DNA from: an uncultured Candidatus Rokubacteria bacterium
Lineage (GTDB): Bacteria > Methylomirabilota > Methylomirabilia > Rokubacteriales > DASRDR01
DNA length: 64,000 nt
Reading direction: 5' to 3'
NCBI GenBank assembly: GCA_963805625.1
Contig: CAWDVE010000010.1
Span: 2,112,001 to 2,176,000, forward strand
Part shown: one piece after another, positions 20,372 to 31,422 of the stretch
How the letters are laid out: each line of letters opens with the position of its first letter
Position numbering within the stretch: the stretch's first letter is position 1
Program-made: the position numbers and the translations under genes
Notes under the pieces: model-generated
What the model was told of the DNA's origin: nothing
Database searches by the model: none
The model's input: the letters and a program-made list of their open reading frames with translations, nothing else

Positions 20372-20909
20372 GGGCGGCCGCGAGTCACAGGCTGACAGAG
20401 CCCAGTCCTGGTCCGCCAGACACCTGACGACGCCGTTCGAGCGCGTCATCAGAGGGGCGCGTCCCGTATCCGGAACGAGCCAGTCACCTGGGCGTTGGCT
20501 CGAATACTGTGGCGCCAGTCGTCGAGGATCCTGGGCAGAACGGACGCGGCCGGGAGGACCCGGCACGGCACCGAAGCCGGGCTGGTGTGGACTGAGGCCG
20601 TCCCCAAGCGGGTAAGCCGACAACCCGCGGGACCCCGGAAAGGGGGAGCCGTAGCCGAGAGCGGCGTTGACAGTGCCAGCGACGGCGGCATCCCCTGACC
20701 TGACGGTCCACACGACTCAATGACGGAGGGACGAGGACTCTGCGTGTGGGGCAGGAACCCGACGGCCCGATGACTCTCCTCGCCGAAGCCGCTGCTTCTC
20801 GGACGGCCCACGTCGAACCTGCGAGTCGAGCCGGCGTGGCTCGCGAGCGGCTCCGGGCCGTCACCCCTCGCCTGGGCGACGGCCGCTCCCTGCGGCCGGG
20901 TGGCTCCGT

Positions 20910-23152
20910 GTGACGTGGGCCCGCGTGGCCGCGAGGCTGATGGCCGCGTGGTGGCGTAGTGCGGCCTGCGTCGCGGCGCCGCTCCTAGCCCTGCTCCTCC
21001 TGCCCGTGATGGGTCTCGCCTACCACGTCTTCGTCGACCGCCGCGGACTGCCCGACATCGAGCCCTTCATCCGCTTCACGCCCCCGGCGATCGGCGAGGT
21101 CTATGACGCCCAGGGCACGGTGCTCATCAGGCTGGCGCGGGAATATCGGCGCGTCGTGTCCTACGACGAGATCCCGCCCGTCCTCCGACACGCCATCCTC
21201 TCGGCCGAGGACAAGAACTTTTTCACCCACGCCGGCGTCGACTACCGCGCCTTGCCCCGGGTGCTGCAGAAGGGCGCGCGCGCTCCCTGGCCGGGTGGGG
21301 CACCGGCGACGCGGGGTTCCGGATGCTCCTCGGTCAAGGGGGATCGACGCTCACGCAGCAGCTCGTCCGCGGCTACTTCCTCCAGAGCCTGACCAGCCGC
21401 GAGGGTGCCGACGTGCTGGTCCGCGACGGCCTGACGCCACGCCTCCTCTCCACGGCCCTCGGCATCTCCGCCACCAACAAGCTCCTGCGGAAGCTGGAGG
21501 AGGTCCGCCTGGCCCTCTGGCTCGAGGCGGAGATGCGGCGGCACTACGGCTCGCAGGCGAGCGCCAAGCGCGAGATCTTCGCGCGCTACGCCAGCTTCAT
21601 CTACCTGGGCAACGGCCGTTACGGCTTCGCCGCGGGCAGCGAATACTACTTCGGCAAGCCGCTCTCGAGCTACGAGCCTGAGGACGCAGGGAAGGCGGCG
21701 CTCCTGGCCGGGATCATGAAGTCGCCCCGAGACTACGCCCCCGTCCCTGGTGATCCGAGACCGCTGCGCCGCCGCAACCAGATCCTGGCCCTGATGGCGC
21801 GCAACGGCTACATCTCCGAGGCTCTCGCGACGCGGGGCCAGGCAGAGCCGATCCGCATCACGGTCCGCAGCGCGGTGAAGACCCACGCCCCCGCGGCGAT
21901 CGAGCACGTCTTCGACGAGCTGAAGCGCCACGGCGGCGCGCGCTTCGGGGTCGGCGACTTGGTGCAGGGGCGGATCTCGGTCCGCTCCACGGTGGAAGAG
22001 CGCGTCCAGACCACGTCGTCAACGAGGCCCTGGAGACGGGCCTCGCGCGCTACGAGCGGCGCCACCCGAGCGCGAAGGGGCTGATCCAGGGCTCAGTGGT
22101 CGTACTGCGGAACGCGGATGGGGCGATCCTGGCCGAGGCGGGCGGCCGGACAAGTCTACCAGGACCGGTACATCCGTTATTCTGACTACAATCGCGTCAC
22201 CGACTCGCGGCGCCAGGCGGGGTCGGCATTCAAGCCACTCCTCTACCTCGCCGCGTTCCGCCAGGGCCTCGACCTCGACACCACGGTCCCCGACGAGCCC
22301 ATCGGCGTGCCTTTGGGTGCCAACGACGGCGTGAAGTGGATCACGAACTACGACAAGCGGTTCAACGGTCTGATTCCCGTTCGCCAGGCGCTGGCCGAGT
22401 CGCGCAATGCGGTGGCCGTCTGGCTCGCCCGGGAGATCGGCGTGGGCGAGATCATCCAGACGGCCCGCGAGCTAGGGATCCACACGCCGCTCCAGCCCTA
22501 TCTCAGCACGGCGCTCGGGGCGTCCGAGGTCGCGCTCCTCGAGCTGGCGAGCGCCTACCGGGCCATCGCGTCAGAGGTCCTGGCCGAGCCCTACATCATC
22601 GCGCGCGTGCACGACGCCTCCGGTGGAGTCCTCTACGAGGCCCCTCGCCGCGTCCGGGAGATTGGGTCCCCGAACCTGCGTCTGATCCAGGAGGGGCTGC
22701 GGGGCGTGGTCCGCCTCCCGAGCGGCACCGCTCATGCCCTCGACGGGCGCGAGTTTCCGATCCCGGTGATGGGGAAGACCGGCACCACCAGCGACTTCCG
22801 AGACGCGCTCTTTGTGGGCTCGACCTACGGCCGGTCGGGGATCACCGTGGCGGTGCGGATCGGCTTCGACGACAACCGCGTGCTGGGTGACCAAGAAACC
22901 GGGGGGCGCGCCGCGCTCCCGATCTTTCGCGAGATCATGCTCCGGGTCCACCGCGACGAGCTGATGGGGCCGGTGCCGGAGTTCCCCCTGGCGATCGAGC
23001 AAGGGATCGACCAGTACCTCGCGCGGCGAGCCGCGCGGGAGACAGGCCGCCAGGAGCCGTCGCGGCCCGCTCGCGACGACGGGCGCATCGCCCCGCCTTC
23101 CGCTACCCCATCGGTGACGTTCGCCGACACGCTTCTGCACCACTCCCGGTAA
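20910..23152 (+). CDS. Class A penicillin-binding protein (transglycosylase + transpeptidase), three frameshifts (about 21275, 22013, 22148)
   Basis: AEDKNFFTHAGVD, QGGSTLTQQL, IYLGNGRYG, SxxK (GSAFKP), SRN, KTG; the linking segment VVNEALETGL..AEAGGR is in another frame. Confidence 0.85.
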
Positions 23153-23276
23153 CCGGCAGCTGCCCTCTCCCCGCCGTCGCCGGCCCTTCGCTCGTTCTGA
23201 AGTCGTGCCTTAAGCCTTGGGGGCCGGAGTCGTCACAATGGTCACGAGCGGCCGCGTCGTGAGGCACATCGCAATC

Positions 23277-23306
23277 TTGACAAGGGGAATCGACCAGCGC
23301 TAGTCT
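23277..23306 (+). promoter_or_regulatory. Candidate sigma70 promoter upstream of the diguanylate cyclase
   Basis: TTGACA-N18-TAGTCT. Confidence 0.4.
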
Positions 23307-23527
23307 GGCCGCGATCCCCGCGATCGAATTGTCTCCGCAGAAGGGGGAGACGCCGATGTCAAAGGATCGCGCGAGCTACGGCGATTTCGCCAGCCTCGTT
23401 CCTCCCTCTGTGTGTTTCGTTTCGCGTCTGACTCACGTCGCGCGTTGGGGTTGCGCCGACGCATCCGGTGAGGCCAACTCAATTTGCTCGCGGTCTCGTT
23501 CTGCCTGTAGGGAAAAGGGTCCCGCAA

Positions 23528-25015
23528 ATGCCCGATGAGAGCACCAAGCCCACCAAGCGCACGTCGGCGCAAGAGAGGTTGCGGGCATCCGAACTTCGTT
23601 ACCGCCGGCTGTTTGAAGCCGCCCGAGACGGGATACTCATTCTCGATGCCGCCTCGAGAAGAATCACCGACACGAATCCCTACATGGTGGAGTTGCTGGG
23701 TTTCTCGCGCGACGAACTCATTGGGAAGGAGCTCTGGGAAATCGGTTTGCTTACGGATGCTCAAGCCAGCCAGGACGCTTTTCGAGAATTGGAGCGGAAA
23801 GGTTATATCCGTTACGAACACTTACCGCTCCGAACCACTGAGGGGAAAACCCGGGAAGTAGAGTTTGTCAGCAACGTCTATAGGGAAGACGGCCATCAAG
23901 TCATTCAATGCAACGTTCGCGACATCACCGATCGCAAACACGCGGAGGAACTCGTCCGCCAGACCAATGACGAGCTGATGGCGTTGGTGGCTGAACTGCA
24001 GCGGCGCGACAGAGAAATGCAGTTGCTCAATCACATGACTGATCTGCTTCAGGCCTGCAATACGCAGGAGGAGGCCTACCATGTGATTGCGATGGAGGCG
24101 GGGGAACTCTTCGCCGGGCAGAGCGGCTGTGTCGCGATGTTGCAGGCGTCGGGTCAGCATCTTGAGACGGTCGCGCTCTGGGGCGATAAGGCGACAGTGG
24201 AGTCCAGTTTCGCATTGGAAGAGTGTTGGGCGCTCCGGCGCGGGAGTCCTCATGAAGTCATCGATCCCCGGGCTCGGTGGCTGTGCACGCATTTTGTCCA
24301 TCCAATAGAGACGGACTACTTGTGTGTGCCGTTGATGGTGCAGGGGGAAATATTGGGGCTGCTGTGTCTCGTCGGTGCGGCCGCGAGGCGAGGACCCCGT
24401 CAGGTTAGCCACCAACAACTCGCCGTGATGGCCGGCGAATCGATCAAGCTGTGTTTGGCCAACTTGAAGCTGCGCACGAAGCTGCACGAACAAGCGACCC
24501 ATGATTCCCTGACCGGGCTGTTCAACCGGCGCTACTTGGAAGACACGCTGTGGCGCGAGCTGCATCGGGCTCACCGCCGGAATGCCCCCCTGGGAGTCGC
24601 GATGCTCGACCTCGATCACTTCAAGCGGTTCAACGATACGTTTGGGCACGATGCCGGCGACTCGCTGTTACGCGAACTGGGGCAGCTGCTGCGTGAGAAG
24701 CTGCGGAAGAGCGATATTGCATGCCGCTATGGTGGCGAGGAGTTTGTGCTCATCCTGGCGGATTCCTCGCTGGAGGACACTCGGCAACGTGTGGAACAGA
24801 TCCGCGGACTGATCAAGGAACTGAAGATTCGCCACGGCGACCAACGACTCGCTCCGATCGCCGTGTCGGCCGGCGTGGCCGCGGCGCCTGAACACGGCGC
24901 CACCGCGCCTGACTTACTGCGCGCGGCTGACAATGCCCTGTATGCCGCCAAGCAGGGCGGACGCGACCGCGTCGTGGTCTACCAAGCGACACAGTCATCG
25001 TTCGGTCAGCCTTGA
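23528..25015 (+). CDS. PAS-GAF-GGDEF diguanylate cyclase
   Basis: PAS (RYRRLFEAARDGILILD..RDITDRK), GAF (ECWALRRG), DSLTGLFNRR, DLDHFKRFND, RKSD I-site, GGEEF; more A/T-rich codons than the flanks. Confidence 0.93.
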   Translation: MPDESTKPTKRTSAQERLRASELRYRRLFEAARDGILILDAASRRITDTNPYMVELLGFSRDELIGKELWEIGLLTDAQASQDAFRELERKGYIRYEHLPLRTTEGKTREVEFVSNVYREDGHQVIQCNVRDITDRKHAEELVRQTNDELMALVAELQRRDREMQLLNHMTDLLQACNTQEEAYHVIAMEAGELFAGQSGCVAMLQASGQHLETVALWGDKATVESSFALEECWALRRGSPHEVIDPRARWLCTHFVHPIETDYLCVPLMVQGEILGLLCLVGAAARRGPRQVSHQQLAVMAGESIKLCLANLKLRTKLHEQATHDSLTGLFNRRYLEDTLWRELHRAHRRNAPLGVAMLDLDHFKRFNDTFGHDAGDSLLRELGQLLREKLRKSDIACRYGGEEFVLILADSSLEDTRQRVEQIRGLIKELKIRHGDQRLAPIAVSAGVAAAPEHGATAPDLLRAADNALYAAKQGGRDRVVVYQATQSSFGQP

Positions 25016-25019
25016 CCGG

Positions 25020-25135
25020 TGCCGCGACGCGGTGCCGGCGGCGAGCCTCATGGCCGCCCTCGTCGAGGAGGCGCGACGCCGGGGGCGGCCACGCGATCGA
25101 GCGATCTTTCTTCTCCTGCGCTTTACCGGCATTGG
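25020..25135 (+). pseudogene. Tyrosine recombinase/integrase remnant
   Basis: ALVEEARRRGRPRDRAIFLLLRFTGI matches the segment just before the catalytic Arg of box I; the rest is absent. Confidence 0.6.
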
Positions 25136-25353
25136 ACATAGGCGTCCCGCGGGCCCAGTTCGTGGTCCTCGGTGCGGATCGACTGTGGAGCACCCTTACC
25201 CAGCGGGTCGCGAACCGGGCACCAGGGAGCATCGCGATCCTTCTGATCCCGGGCACGAGGACGCAGCCGAGTGCGGGGCGCAGCGCGCGAGCAGAGGGAG
25301 GGTTGTCCAGCGGGCCGAGGAAGGTGCATCTCACCTCCGGCGCCAGCCGGCGG

Positions 25354-26358
25354 TCAGCCTCCCCCGCCCCGGGGGCGGCCGACGTCGCGGACGGTCCCGC
25401 TCCCCTCGAGGGGTGACGACGCCGGCCCGTCGAGGGCGATCTCCGCCAGCACCCCGTAGTGATCCGACGGCCACCGGACCTTGCCTGGTCCGCTCGGCTC
25501 GTGGAGGACCACGCGGCTCCCGACCACCCGGCCGGGCACCCGCTGTCCCGGCGCGAGGAACACGTAGTCGATCCGTCGACGAGCGGTTGACCGCGCGACC
25601 TCCACGTCCTGCCCGTCGGTGAAGCCGGGCGCCCCTGGGTTCACGAGCGCGAACGCATCCACGAAGCCGGCGTCGTGCGTGAGAAGCCTCACGGCCGGCG
25701 AGGTGTGGGGCGCGTTGAAGTCCCCCATCACCACGGTAGGGAGCGGCCCCGCGTTCGCCCGGACGAGGTCGGCAACCGCGCGCGCCTGGCAGACATCCCC
25801 GGACGTGTGGGCCGAGAAGGCGGCGAGCTGACCGCCGGGGGTCTCGAGCTCCGCGAAGACGACCACGCGCACGTCGAACGGCCGCCCGCAGCGCGGCAGC
25901 TCGTAGGCTCGCCAGCGCGTAATCGGGAACCGGCTCAGGAGCGCGGGGCCTTCGGTGAAGCCAAGCACCGACGCCACCGCCCCGCGCATGTGCTCGCTCC
26001 CGAACGGCTTGGTCGCGGCGGGCGCGTAGACGTAGTGGTATCCGAGGGCCACCGCCAGGCGGGCTGGCACGTTCCCACGGTGCCGGCCCGTCGACGCTTC
26101 CTGGAGTCCCACGACGTCGGCATGGAGGGCGCGAAGCCCCTCCACGGCCAGGCGGAGTCGCCCCTCGAGCGCCTCGTCGTCGCCGGTGAGCTCCGAGAAG
26201 ATCCCGCCGTGCAGGAGATTGAACGTCACGAAGCGGAGCGTGAGCGGCGCCGGGCCCGCGGGTCGCTCCGGGACAATGATGCCGGAGCCGGCTCCGAGAA
26301 TGCCCAGCGCCGCCCCCGCGACGATCAGCGTGCCGCCGACCCTCGCCATGGGCTCCAC
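25354..26358 (-). CDS. Endonuclease/exonuclease/phosphatase family protein, probably exported
   Basis: FVTFNL, DVVGLQE, MGDFN, RIDYVF, PSDHYGV; N-terminal hydrophobic segment. Confidence 0.9.
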   Translation of the reverse strand: MEPMARVGGTLIVAGAALGILGAGSGIIVPERPAGPAPLTLRFVTFNLLHGGIFSELTGDDEALEGRLRLAVEGLRALHADVVGLQEASTGRHRGNVPARLAVALGYHYVYAPAATKPFGSEHMRGAVASVLGFTEGPALLSRFPITRWRAYELPRCGRPFDVRVVVFAELETPGGQLAAFSAHTSGDVCQARAVADLVRANAGPLPTVVMGDFNAPHTSPAVRLLTHDAGFVDAFALVNPGAPGFTDGQDVEVARSTARRRIDYVFLAPGQRVPGRVVGSRVVLHEPSGPGKVRWPSDHYGVLAEIALDGPASSPLEGSGTVRDVGRPRGGGG

Positions 26359-26551
26359 CCTCCGCGCGGTCGATCGGGCCGGCGCCTACTTCCTGGGCTT
26401 GTCGCCGCTGAAAAGGCCGATGACCCTGTGCCCAGCGTACTTGATCGCGCTCCGCGGGGCCTCGCCGAAATGCCTCACGCTTCAGCCCGGCAGGCCGTCG
26501 AGGGACAGCCCGCCTCCCTTGAGGAACTGGCGCAACCGGCGTCTCACGTCC

Positions 26552-26667
26552 GCAGGAGAGGGGAAGTTGGATCAGGTGGGGGAAAGGTGAAGGGAACAGC
26601 GGAGAGGGCGGTGGATACAGTCAAGGACGCTCTGACAGGCAACAGAACCGAGCGCCCGGCCAAGTGA
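26552..26667 (+). pseudogene. CsbD-family C-terminal remnant (frameshifted)
   Basis: GEGKLDQVG / KVKGTAERAVDTVKDAL; no start. Confidence 0.65.
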
Positions 26668-26821
26668 TGAGAGTGGACCGACAGATAGCGGGGAGTGGAG
26701 GCCGAATAGCAATAGCCCGCCATCTCGGCGCTCTCGCCTTTGCGTTCTCTGCGCATGAAGTCGCGGCCCCCGGCTGGCGCCCCGGGCGGGCCTGGCGGTG
26801 GTCAGCCGGGGGTGAGCTGCG

Positions 26822-27094
26822 TCACGATCCGGCGGGCGCCCGGGTCCTCGGGGCCATCGCGTGCCGCTCGAGCTCCCAGAGATGGAAACACTCGACGTGC
26901 AGTTGGAGCGGTTTCCGGCCCTCGGCCAGGCTGATGCCCTCGATCACCCACTCATCCTTGGTGATGATGATCTCGCACGCGTCGCAGCTCTCCCCGTTGC
27001 CGGGGCCGCCCCAGACCCGGGGGATGCTGTTCGTCGGGAGCGTGCCGTTCGCGAGCTTGTGACGGATGAGCAGCTGGAGACTGTGTTGCTGCAT
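26822..27094 (-). CDS. Small putative Zn-binding protein (CxxC..HxxC)
   Basis: IRHKLANGTLP..WGGPGNGESCDAC..LHVECFHLWELER. Confidence 0.75.
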   Translation of the reverse strand: MQQHSLQLLIRHKLANGTLPTNSIPRVWGGPGNGESCDACEIIITKDEWVIEGISLAEGRKPLQLHVECFHLWELERHAMAPRTRAPAGS

Positions 27095-27328
27095 GAGATC
27101 CCCCGGTGTCCACGCGGCGCACGACGCCAGATTCACCGGGGTCTTGACGCCAGACGCGTCACCCAAGAGGCCGGGGTGCAGGCACCGCTGAGGGTAGCAC
27201 GCGCGGCGGATTGGCGATACGGGCCCTGGGACCCCGCGTCGGCTCCGACCCACGCCGGATGGCCGTCTGGCGCCCGTCGCCGGGCCGCGGTAGGGTCGGG
27301 CGGGGTAATCACATGGAGGGGGTCCACG

Positions 27329-27508
27329 ATGCGTCGAATCTTGCTCGCCATCCTCGGGAACGCCGCGGTGGTGGTCCTGCTGCTCGCCGGGACGGAGCTC
27401 TTCCCCCGACCCCCCGCGTGGGTGCTGTGGGTGGGTGTTGCGGACGAGACTGACCCCTTCGTGCGGTGGACCAATGCCGTCGAGACCTTCGGCCAGAGTG
27501 CCTGGTAG
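27329..27508 (+). CDS. Small membrane-anchored hypothetical protein, 59 aa
   Basis: GGAGGGGG RBS, MRRILLAILGNAAVVVLLLAG. Confidence 0.45.
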   Translation: MRRILLAILGNAAVVVLLLAGTELFPRPPAWVLWVGVADETDPFVRWTNAVETFGQSAW

Positions 27509-27542
27509 ACGGCGCTAGTGTAACCACCGAGGAGAGACGGCA

Positions 27543-27785
27543 ATGGCCCATCGGATCACGTTCAAAGAGATTCGAAGCGTTCTCTCTCTGATGGCGCCGC
27601 CTCGCATAAGGACGAGCGGACGACGGCTGCCACGCGGACCGTTCCGGGACGCAGCCGTAGCGTGGTACGCCGCCTATGAGGACTTCACGGACCCGGGCAG
27701 CGGGATGGCGTCCTGGACCCAGCTCGTCGCTGCGACTCACAAGCTTCTCTCGGAACAGCAGAAGAGATATCGGCAGGAGTCGTGA
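27543..27785 (+). CDS. Hypothetical protein, 80 aa
   Basis: GAGGAG RBS, protein-like composition. Confidence 0.55.
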   Translation: MAHRITFKEIRSVLSLMAPPRIRTSGRRLPRGPFRDAAVAWYAAYEDFTDPGSGMASWTQLVAATHKLLSEQQKRYRQES

Positions 27786-27875
27786 ACAGAAGACGCGGTC
27801 TGAGAGAGGGCAGCGATGCAACAGATTCGGTAGTGGACGAGGCGACGCCCATTCCGGGCACCGAGCACATGCGCC

Positions 27876-29405
27876 TCAGATTCTCCGATCAACCGGACCA
27901 AACGGGCCACACGAAAAGCGAACGCGCTGGAGGATCTTCTTGCCGCCGCGCGTCTGGAGGCTGTGAGTCGGAAGGAGTGAACTGTAGGGCGCCGCGGTCT
28001 TCCGTGTCCCCGGGCGCTTGGCGGTCGGCATGGCGATGGCGCCATGCTCCAGCAACGTTCCGACGAAGTGATGGACCTCGTCGATGGTCGTGTGCGCATT
28101 CGGCAGGTGGCCCAAGACGACGGCTCGTGCGGCGCTGGCGCCGACGAGCACAGACTCGACGGCGCGCACGACGACTCCCTTGAGGCGTCGATCGAGCTTC
28201 CCCAGGGAGATGTCGCGTCGATGGACGGCCTTGGCGACGGCTTGGCCGCCGACCTTGTGGGCGGTCACGGTCAGCCGGCCGCGCGAGGCGCCGATGCGCG
28301 TCAGGAGATCGCGACGGGCGGCGGCGGGAAGGCGTGCCGTCCCCGTCGCCGCGTCTACGGCGGGCGCGGGGCCGGCCAGCCCCGACGTCGGGGCCAGCAT
28401 CACCGTGCTGCCGATCGCGATCTGGTGACCGGCGAAGGCGTCGCGAATGGCCGCATGATGAGCGCCGCCGCTCGCAGTTTCGTCGGCAAGCATCATGGCG
28501 CGGCCGACGGCCTGGAAGAAGCGCGGGACCTCGGGCGCGCCCTGGACGCCGGCGATCAGCAGCCGACCCGCCGTCTGCGCCGCCGCGAGGAGCCCCTGCT
28601 CATTCTGGGCCGGCTGGCCCGCGAAGATGTTGCAGAGGGTGTCGTAGAAGCAGCCGGTGAAGATGCGGCTGTAGCTGTGCGGCTCCGACGTGAGGGCCGC
28701 GGGAAGGCCAGCCGGCGGCAGGGTCACCGGGATCTCCCACTGGAGCGTGTTCAAGGCGCGGCGGGGCAGCGACTGGGGGTCATTGGGATTCTCGAGTCGC
28801 ACGCCTTCGGCCACGTCCTCTGCCAGGGTCTCGAGGAAGTTCGCGACTCGCAGTTGCCCGCTGCCTTGGAACAGAGCCTGACGCGGCCCCGCGTCGAAGA
28901 GGCTCACGAGCAGGGCCATGCAATCCGCGAAGGCTTCGTGGAACGCGGCCGGCTCCGGGTACACGCTCGCCCACAGCTCGGGGCGGATCGCGTCGAGGAG
29001 TGCATGCCCGACCTCGTGCGCCACCGCGTCGGTGCTGGCCGCCGGATAGGTGTTCCGGGCGGCAGTCTCCCAGCCGAAGAACGCGACGGCCGTGCGATCG
29101 TAGTGGGCGTTGAGCCCTCGTCCGGCGTCGTGCAGCAGCGGCAGCAGCCGCTGGCCGTTCTGCCAGACTTGGGGGAGCGGCGCGAGTGTCCCCCAGGCCT
29201 CGAGCGTCGCCAAGGCGGCTTCCCGACACTGCCAGAAGCGAAACTCGGCGCTGTCCACTGGATAGACCGCTTCCGGGATCGCGACGGCGGAGTCGGCGTA
29301 CTTGAAGCCCACCTGCGGGCCGTTCGGATCCGGCCGCGGCGGCTGCTCTCGCGGCGGCAGGAGCGCTAGCGCGAGCGGGTCGTTCGGGAGGAAGCGGATC
29401 GGCAT
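27876..29405 (-). CDS. Gluzincin zinc metallopeptidase (M4/M36-like), no evident signal peptide
   Basis: LNAHYDR, DAVAHEVGHALLD, AAFHEAFAD (third ligand Glu), SEPHSYS. Confidence 0.82.
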   Translation of the reverse strand: MPIRFLPNDPLALALLPPREQPPRPDPNGPQVGFKYADSAVAIPEAVYPVDSAEFRFWQCREAALATLEAWGTLAPLPQVWQNGQRLLPLLHDAGRGLNAHYDRTAVAFFGWETAARNTYPAASTDAVAHEVGHALLDAIRPELWASVYPEPAAFHEAFADCMALLVSLFDAGPRQALFQGSGQLRVANFLETLAEDVAEGVRLENPNDPQSLPRRALNTLQWEIPVTLPPAGLPAALTSEPHSYSRIFTGCFYDTLCNIFAGQPAQNEQGLLAAAQTAGRLLIAGVQGAPEVPRFFQAVGRAMMLADETASGGAHHAAIRDAFAGHQIAIGSTVMLAPTSGLAGPAPAVDAATGTARLPAAARRDLLTRIGASRGRLTVTAHKVGGQAVAKAVHRRDISLGKLDRRLKGVVVRAVESVLVGASAARAVVLGHLPNAHTTIDEVHHFVGTLLEHGAIAMPTAKRPGTRKTAAPYSSLLPTHSLQTRGGKKILQRVRFSCGPFGPVDRRI

Positions 29406-29455
29406 GCGAGTGTCACTCCCTCCCGAACGCCCGTTGGGTCACCGAGCCGACGCGC

Positions 29456-30799
29456 CTAGGGACCGGTGTAGGTGACGGTCAGATCGTAGGCGCCCGCTGT
29501 GTAGCCGTGCACCAGGACAAAGGCGGTCGTCTTCCCCGCCGGGACGTCGAGCGCGCAACTCTCCGATGGCCCGCTGACAAAGGGCCGGCACGCGTAGCCG
29601 TTCGAGCCGCGCGTCGGGGCCTGGCCGAACTGGACGTACAGATCGGGATCGCCCGGCGCGGTGCCGTCGCCGATCATCTTGACCTCGAAGCGCGTTCCGG
29701 GCGAGACGGTGAAGGCCGGGTACGACTTCTCCTCGCCGTTCGCCACCCGCTGGTCGTTGAGTATCTTGACTTGCTGCTGCCCACACCCCGGCGGTGTGGT
29801 GGCCGCGACCTGACAGGCCCCCGGATTCACCACGAGGCTGGGATCCATCACGAACCCGGGCGCCGCCCCGTAGAGGCACGCGGCGCCATTCTTGTCGAAG
29901 TTGGTGAGGGTGAGCGACCAGTCCCCGGCGCCATTGCACTGCGGATAGTGCATGACGGAGAAGCTGTCGTATGACGTGAGGGGCCGCCAGTCGTTGTCCT
30001 CGAAGCAGGTGCCGGACTCCGGACGGGTGTGCTCGTGCCGCCACCCCAGGGTGTGTCCGAGCTCATGGCGAAGGATGCCGACGAGCGACAGCTTGCCGCC
30101 CGGGTCGAGCTGGAATGCGGTCTCGTCGATCAGCACATTGCGATCGGCCCGAGGCTCGTTCGGGAAGAAGGCCCGGGCGAGGTATTCTCCGTTCACGTTG
30201 ACGGGCCTGACGTCGAACACCACGTTCGCGTTGCTCGGGGTGCAGGTGGCGTCCTGAGAGGCGACGTACACGTAGGCGACATCGGCCACCTGCGACCACG
30301 CGCCGGTCGCGGCCTGCATGGCGCTCACGACACTCGCCTGGCGGGTGCCAAAGGTCGTGCTCACGCAGTACATGATCTGCTTCTTCTGGGTGCTGTTCCA
30401 GACCGCGTCTTGTCCACCCGATCGGTGGACGATCAGCCGCCCCGGCTGGGTTTGCGGCGGCTCCCGCTGGATGCTGGTCTCGAAGAACTCTCGGAGCTGC
30501 TTGCGATCCGAGATGGCGATGTCGCCGTTCACGATGTACTTGCCCCCCGGGAACGGCTCCTTGTAGACGGACCGCTCGAACTCTTCGAAGGTCTTGGTCG
30601 CCCACACGGCGCGCTGGGCTCGGTCCTTCCTCAAGACCTCGGCGCGCGCCTCCTCGATCGCCTCGGGCGTCGCCTGCACCACGGTCCCCGTCGTCGGCTG
30701 GATCTTGGAGCCGCCGCCCCTCATGGTCTGGCAGCCGAACACGACCAGGCCGAGGACGCACGCGAGCAATACCCACGTGGATCGAGCGCGGTTACGCAT
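29456..30799 (-). CDS. Lipoprotein metzincin metallopeptidase (matrixin/M57-like) with C-terminal PPC domain
   Basis: Lipobox VFGC; LARAFFP, HELGHTLGWRHEH, Met-turn SVMHY; PPC GDPDLYV..CRP..ESC. Confidence 0.88.
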   Translation of the reverse strand: MRNRARSTWVLLACVLGLVVFGCQTMRGGGSKIQPTTGTVVQATPEAIEEARAEVLRKDRAQRAVWATKTFEEFERSVYKEPFPGGKYIVNGDIAISDRKQLREFFETSIQREPPQTQPGRLIVHRSGGQDAVWNSTQKKQIMYCVSTTFGTRQASVVSAMQAATGAWSQVADVAYVYVASQDATCTPSNANVVFDVRPVNVNGEYLARAFFPNEPRADRNVLIDETAFQLDPGGKLSLVGILRHELGHTLGWRHEHTRPESGTCFEDNDWRPLTSYDSFSVMHYPQCNGAGDWSLTLTNFDKNGAACLYGAAPGFVMDPSLVVNPGACQVAATTPPGCGQQQVKILNDQRVANGEEKSYPAFTVSPGTRFEVKMIGDGTAPGDPDLYVQFGQAPTRGSNGYACRPFVSGPSESCALDVPAGKTTAFVLVHGYTAGAYDLTVTYTGP

Positions 30800-30826
30800 G
30801 ACCGTTCTCCTTTGTGCGACGGGATG

Positions 30827-31243
30827 TCACTGCTTGGAACATGGCTCCTCGACAACGTTGAGCAGATCGACACCTTTCCCGATCTCGCGCGCGCGTTCCA
30901 GCATCTCCCGCGCGCGCGCCGCGTCCGAGAACTCGGCGCACAGGCGTATCTCGCCCTCGAGACCGATGCGGGTTTGCTGGAGCTGCGCGACCTTGCCCTC
31001 TCGCCGGGCATCCTCGAGCATCGTCCACACCGCTTGCCACGCCCGCGAGGTCGCCTCGGGAACGCCTCGGCCTCGCGAGAGCGCATAGACGGCGAAGGCG
31101 GCCGGGCCGGCTCGTTCCCCCCCGTCGGTTCGGACCGGTATGGCGCATCCGGCCGCAGCCGTCCATGCGCTGAGGAGCCATACGAGCCCAACACGCTGAT
31201 ATTCCACGGCTGTCACGTCGTCCATACGCTCAGATAGGTCCAT
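30827..31243 (-). CDS. Small lipoprotein, first gene of the protease operon (start uncertain)
   Basis: Lipobox AAGC; YALSRGRGVP, RIGLEGEIRLC..C. Confidence 0.65.
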   Translation of the reverse strand: MDLSERMDDVTAVEYQRVGLVWLLSAWTAAAGCAIPVRTDGGERAGPAAFAVYALSRGRGVPEATSRAWQAVWTMLEDARREGKVAQLQQTRIGLEGEIRLCAEFSDAARAREMLERAREIGKGVDLLNVVEEPCSKQ

Positions 31244-31311
31244 TTGATGCGCCGCCGCGTCCCAGGCAGTGTCAAGGGTGGCGCCGTCTCCGCTGCTGAA
31301 CCGCTCTGAGA

Positions 31312-31333
31312 AGCGAGATTCGCGCCAACGAGG
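31312..31333 (-). promoter_or_regulatory. Sigma54 promoter (left)
   Basis: TTGGCGCG-AATC-TCGCT, GG-N10-GC spacing; points to the lipoprotein/protease genes. Confidence 0.75.
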
Positions 31334-31422
31334 GACGTCGAGCCGTGAGAACGGGATTGTCCCGCCGTGACGGCGCTTAGTCCCCTAACCTGGTTGGGAC
31401 CGCAAGGGCCCACTCTACGACC

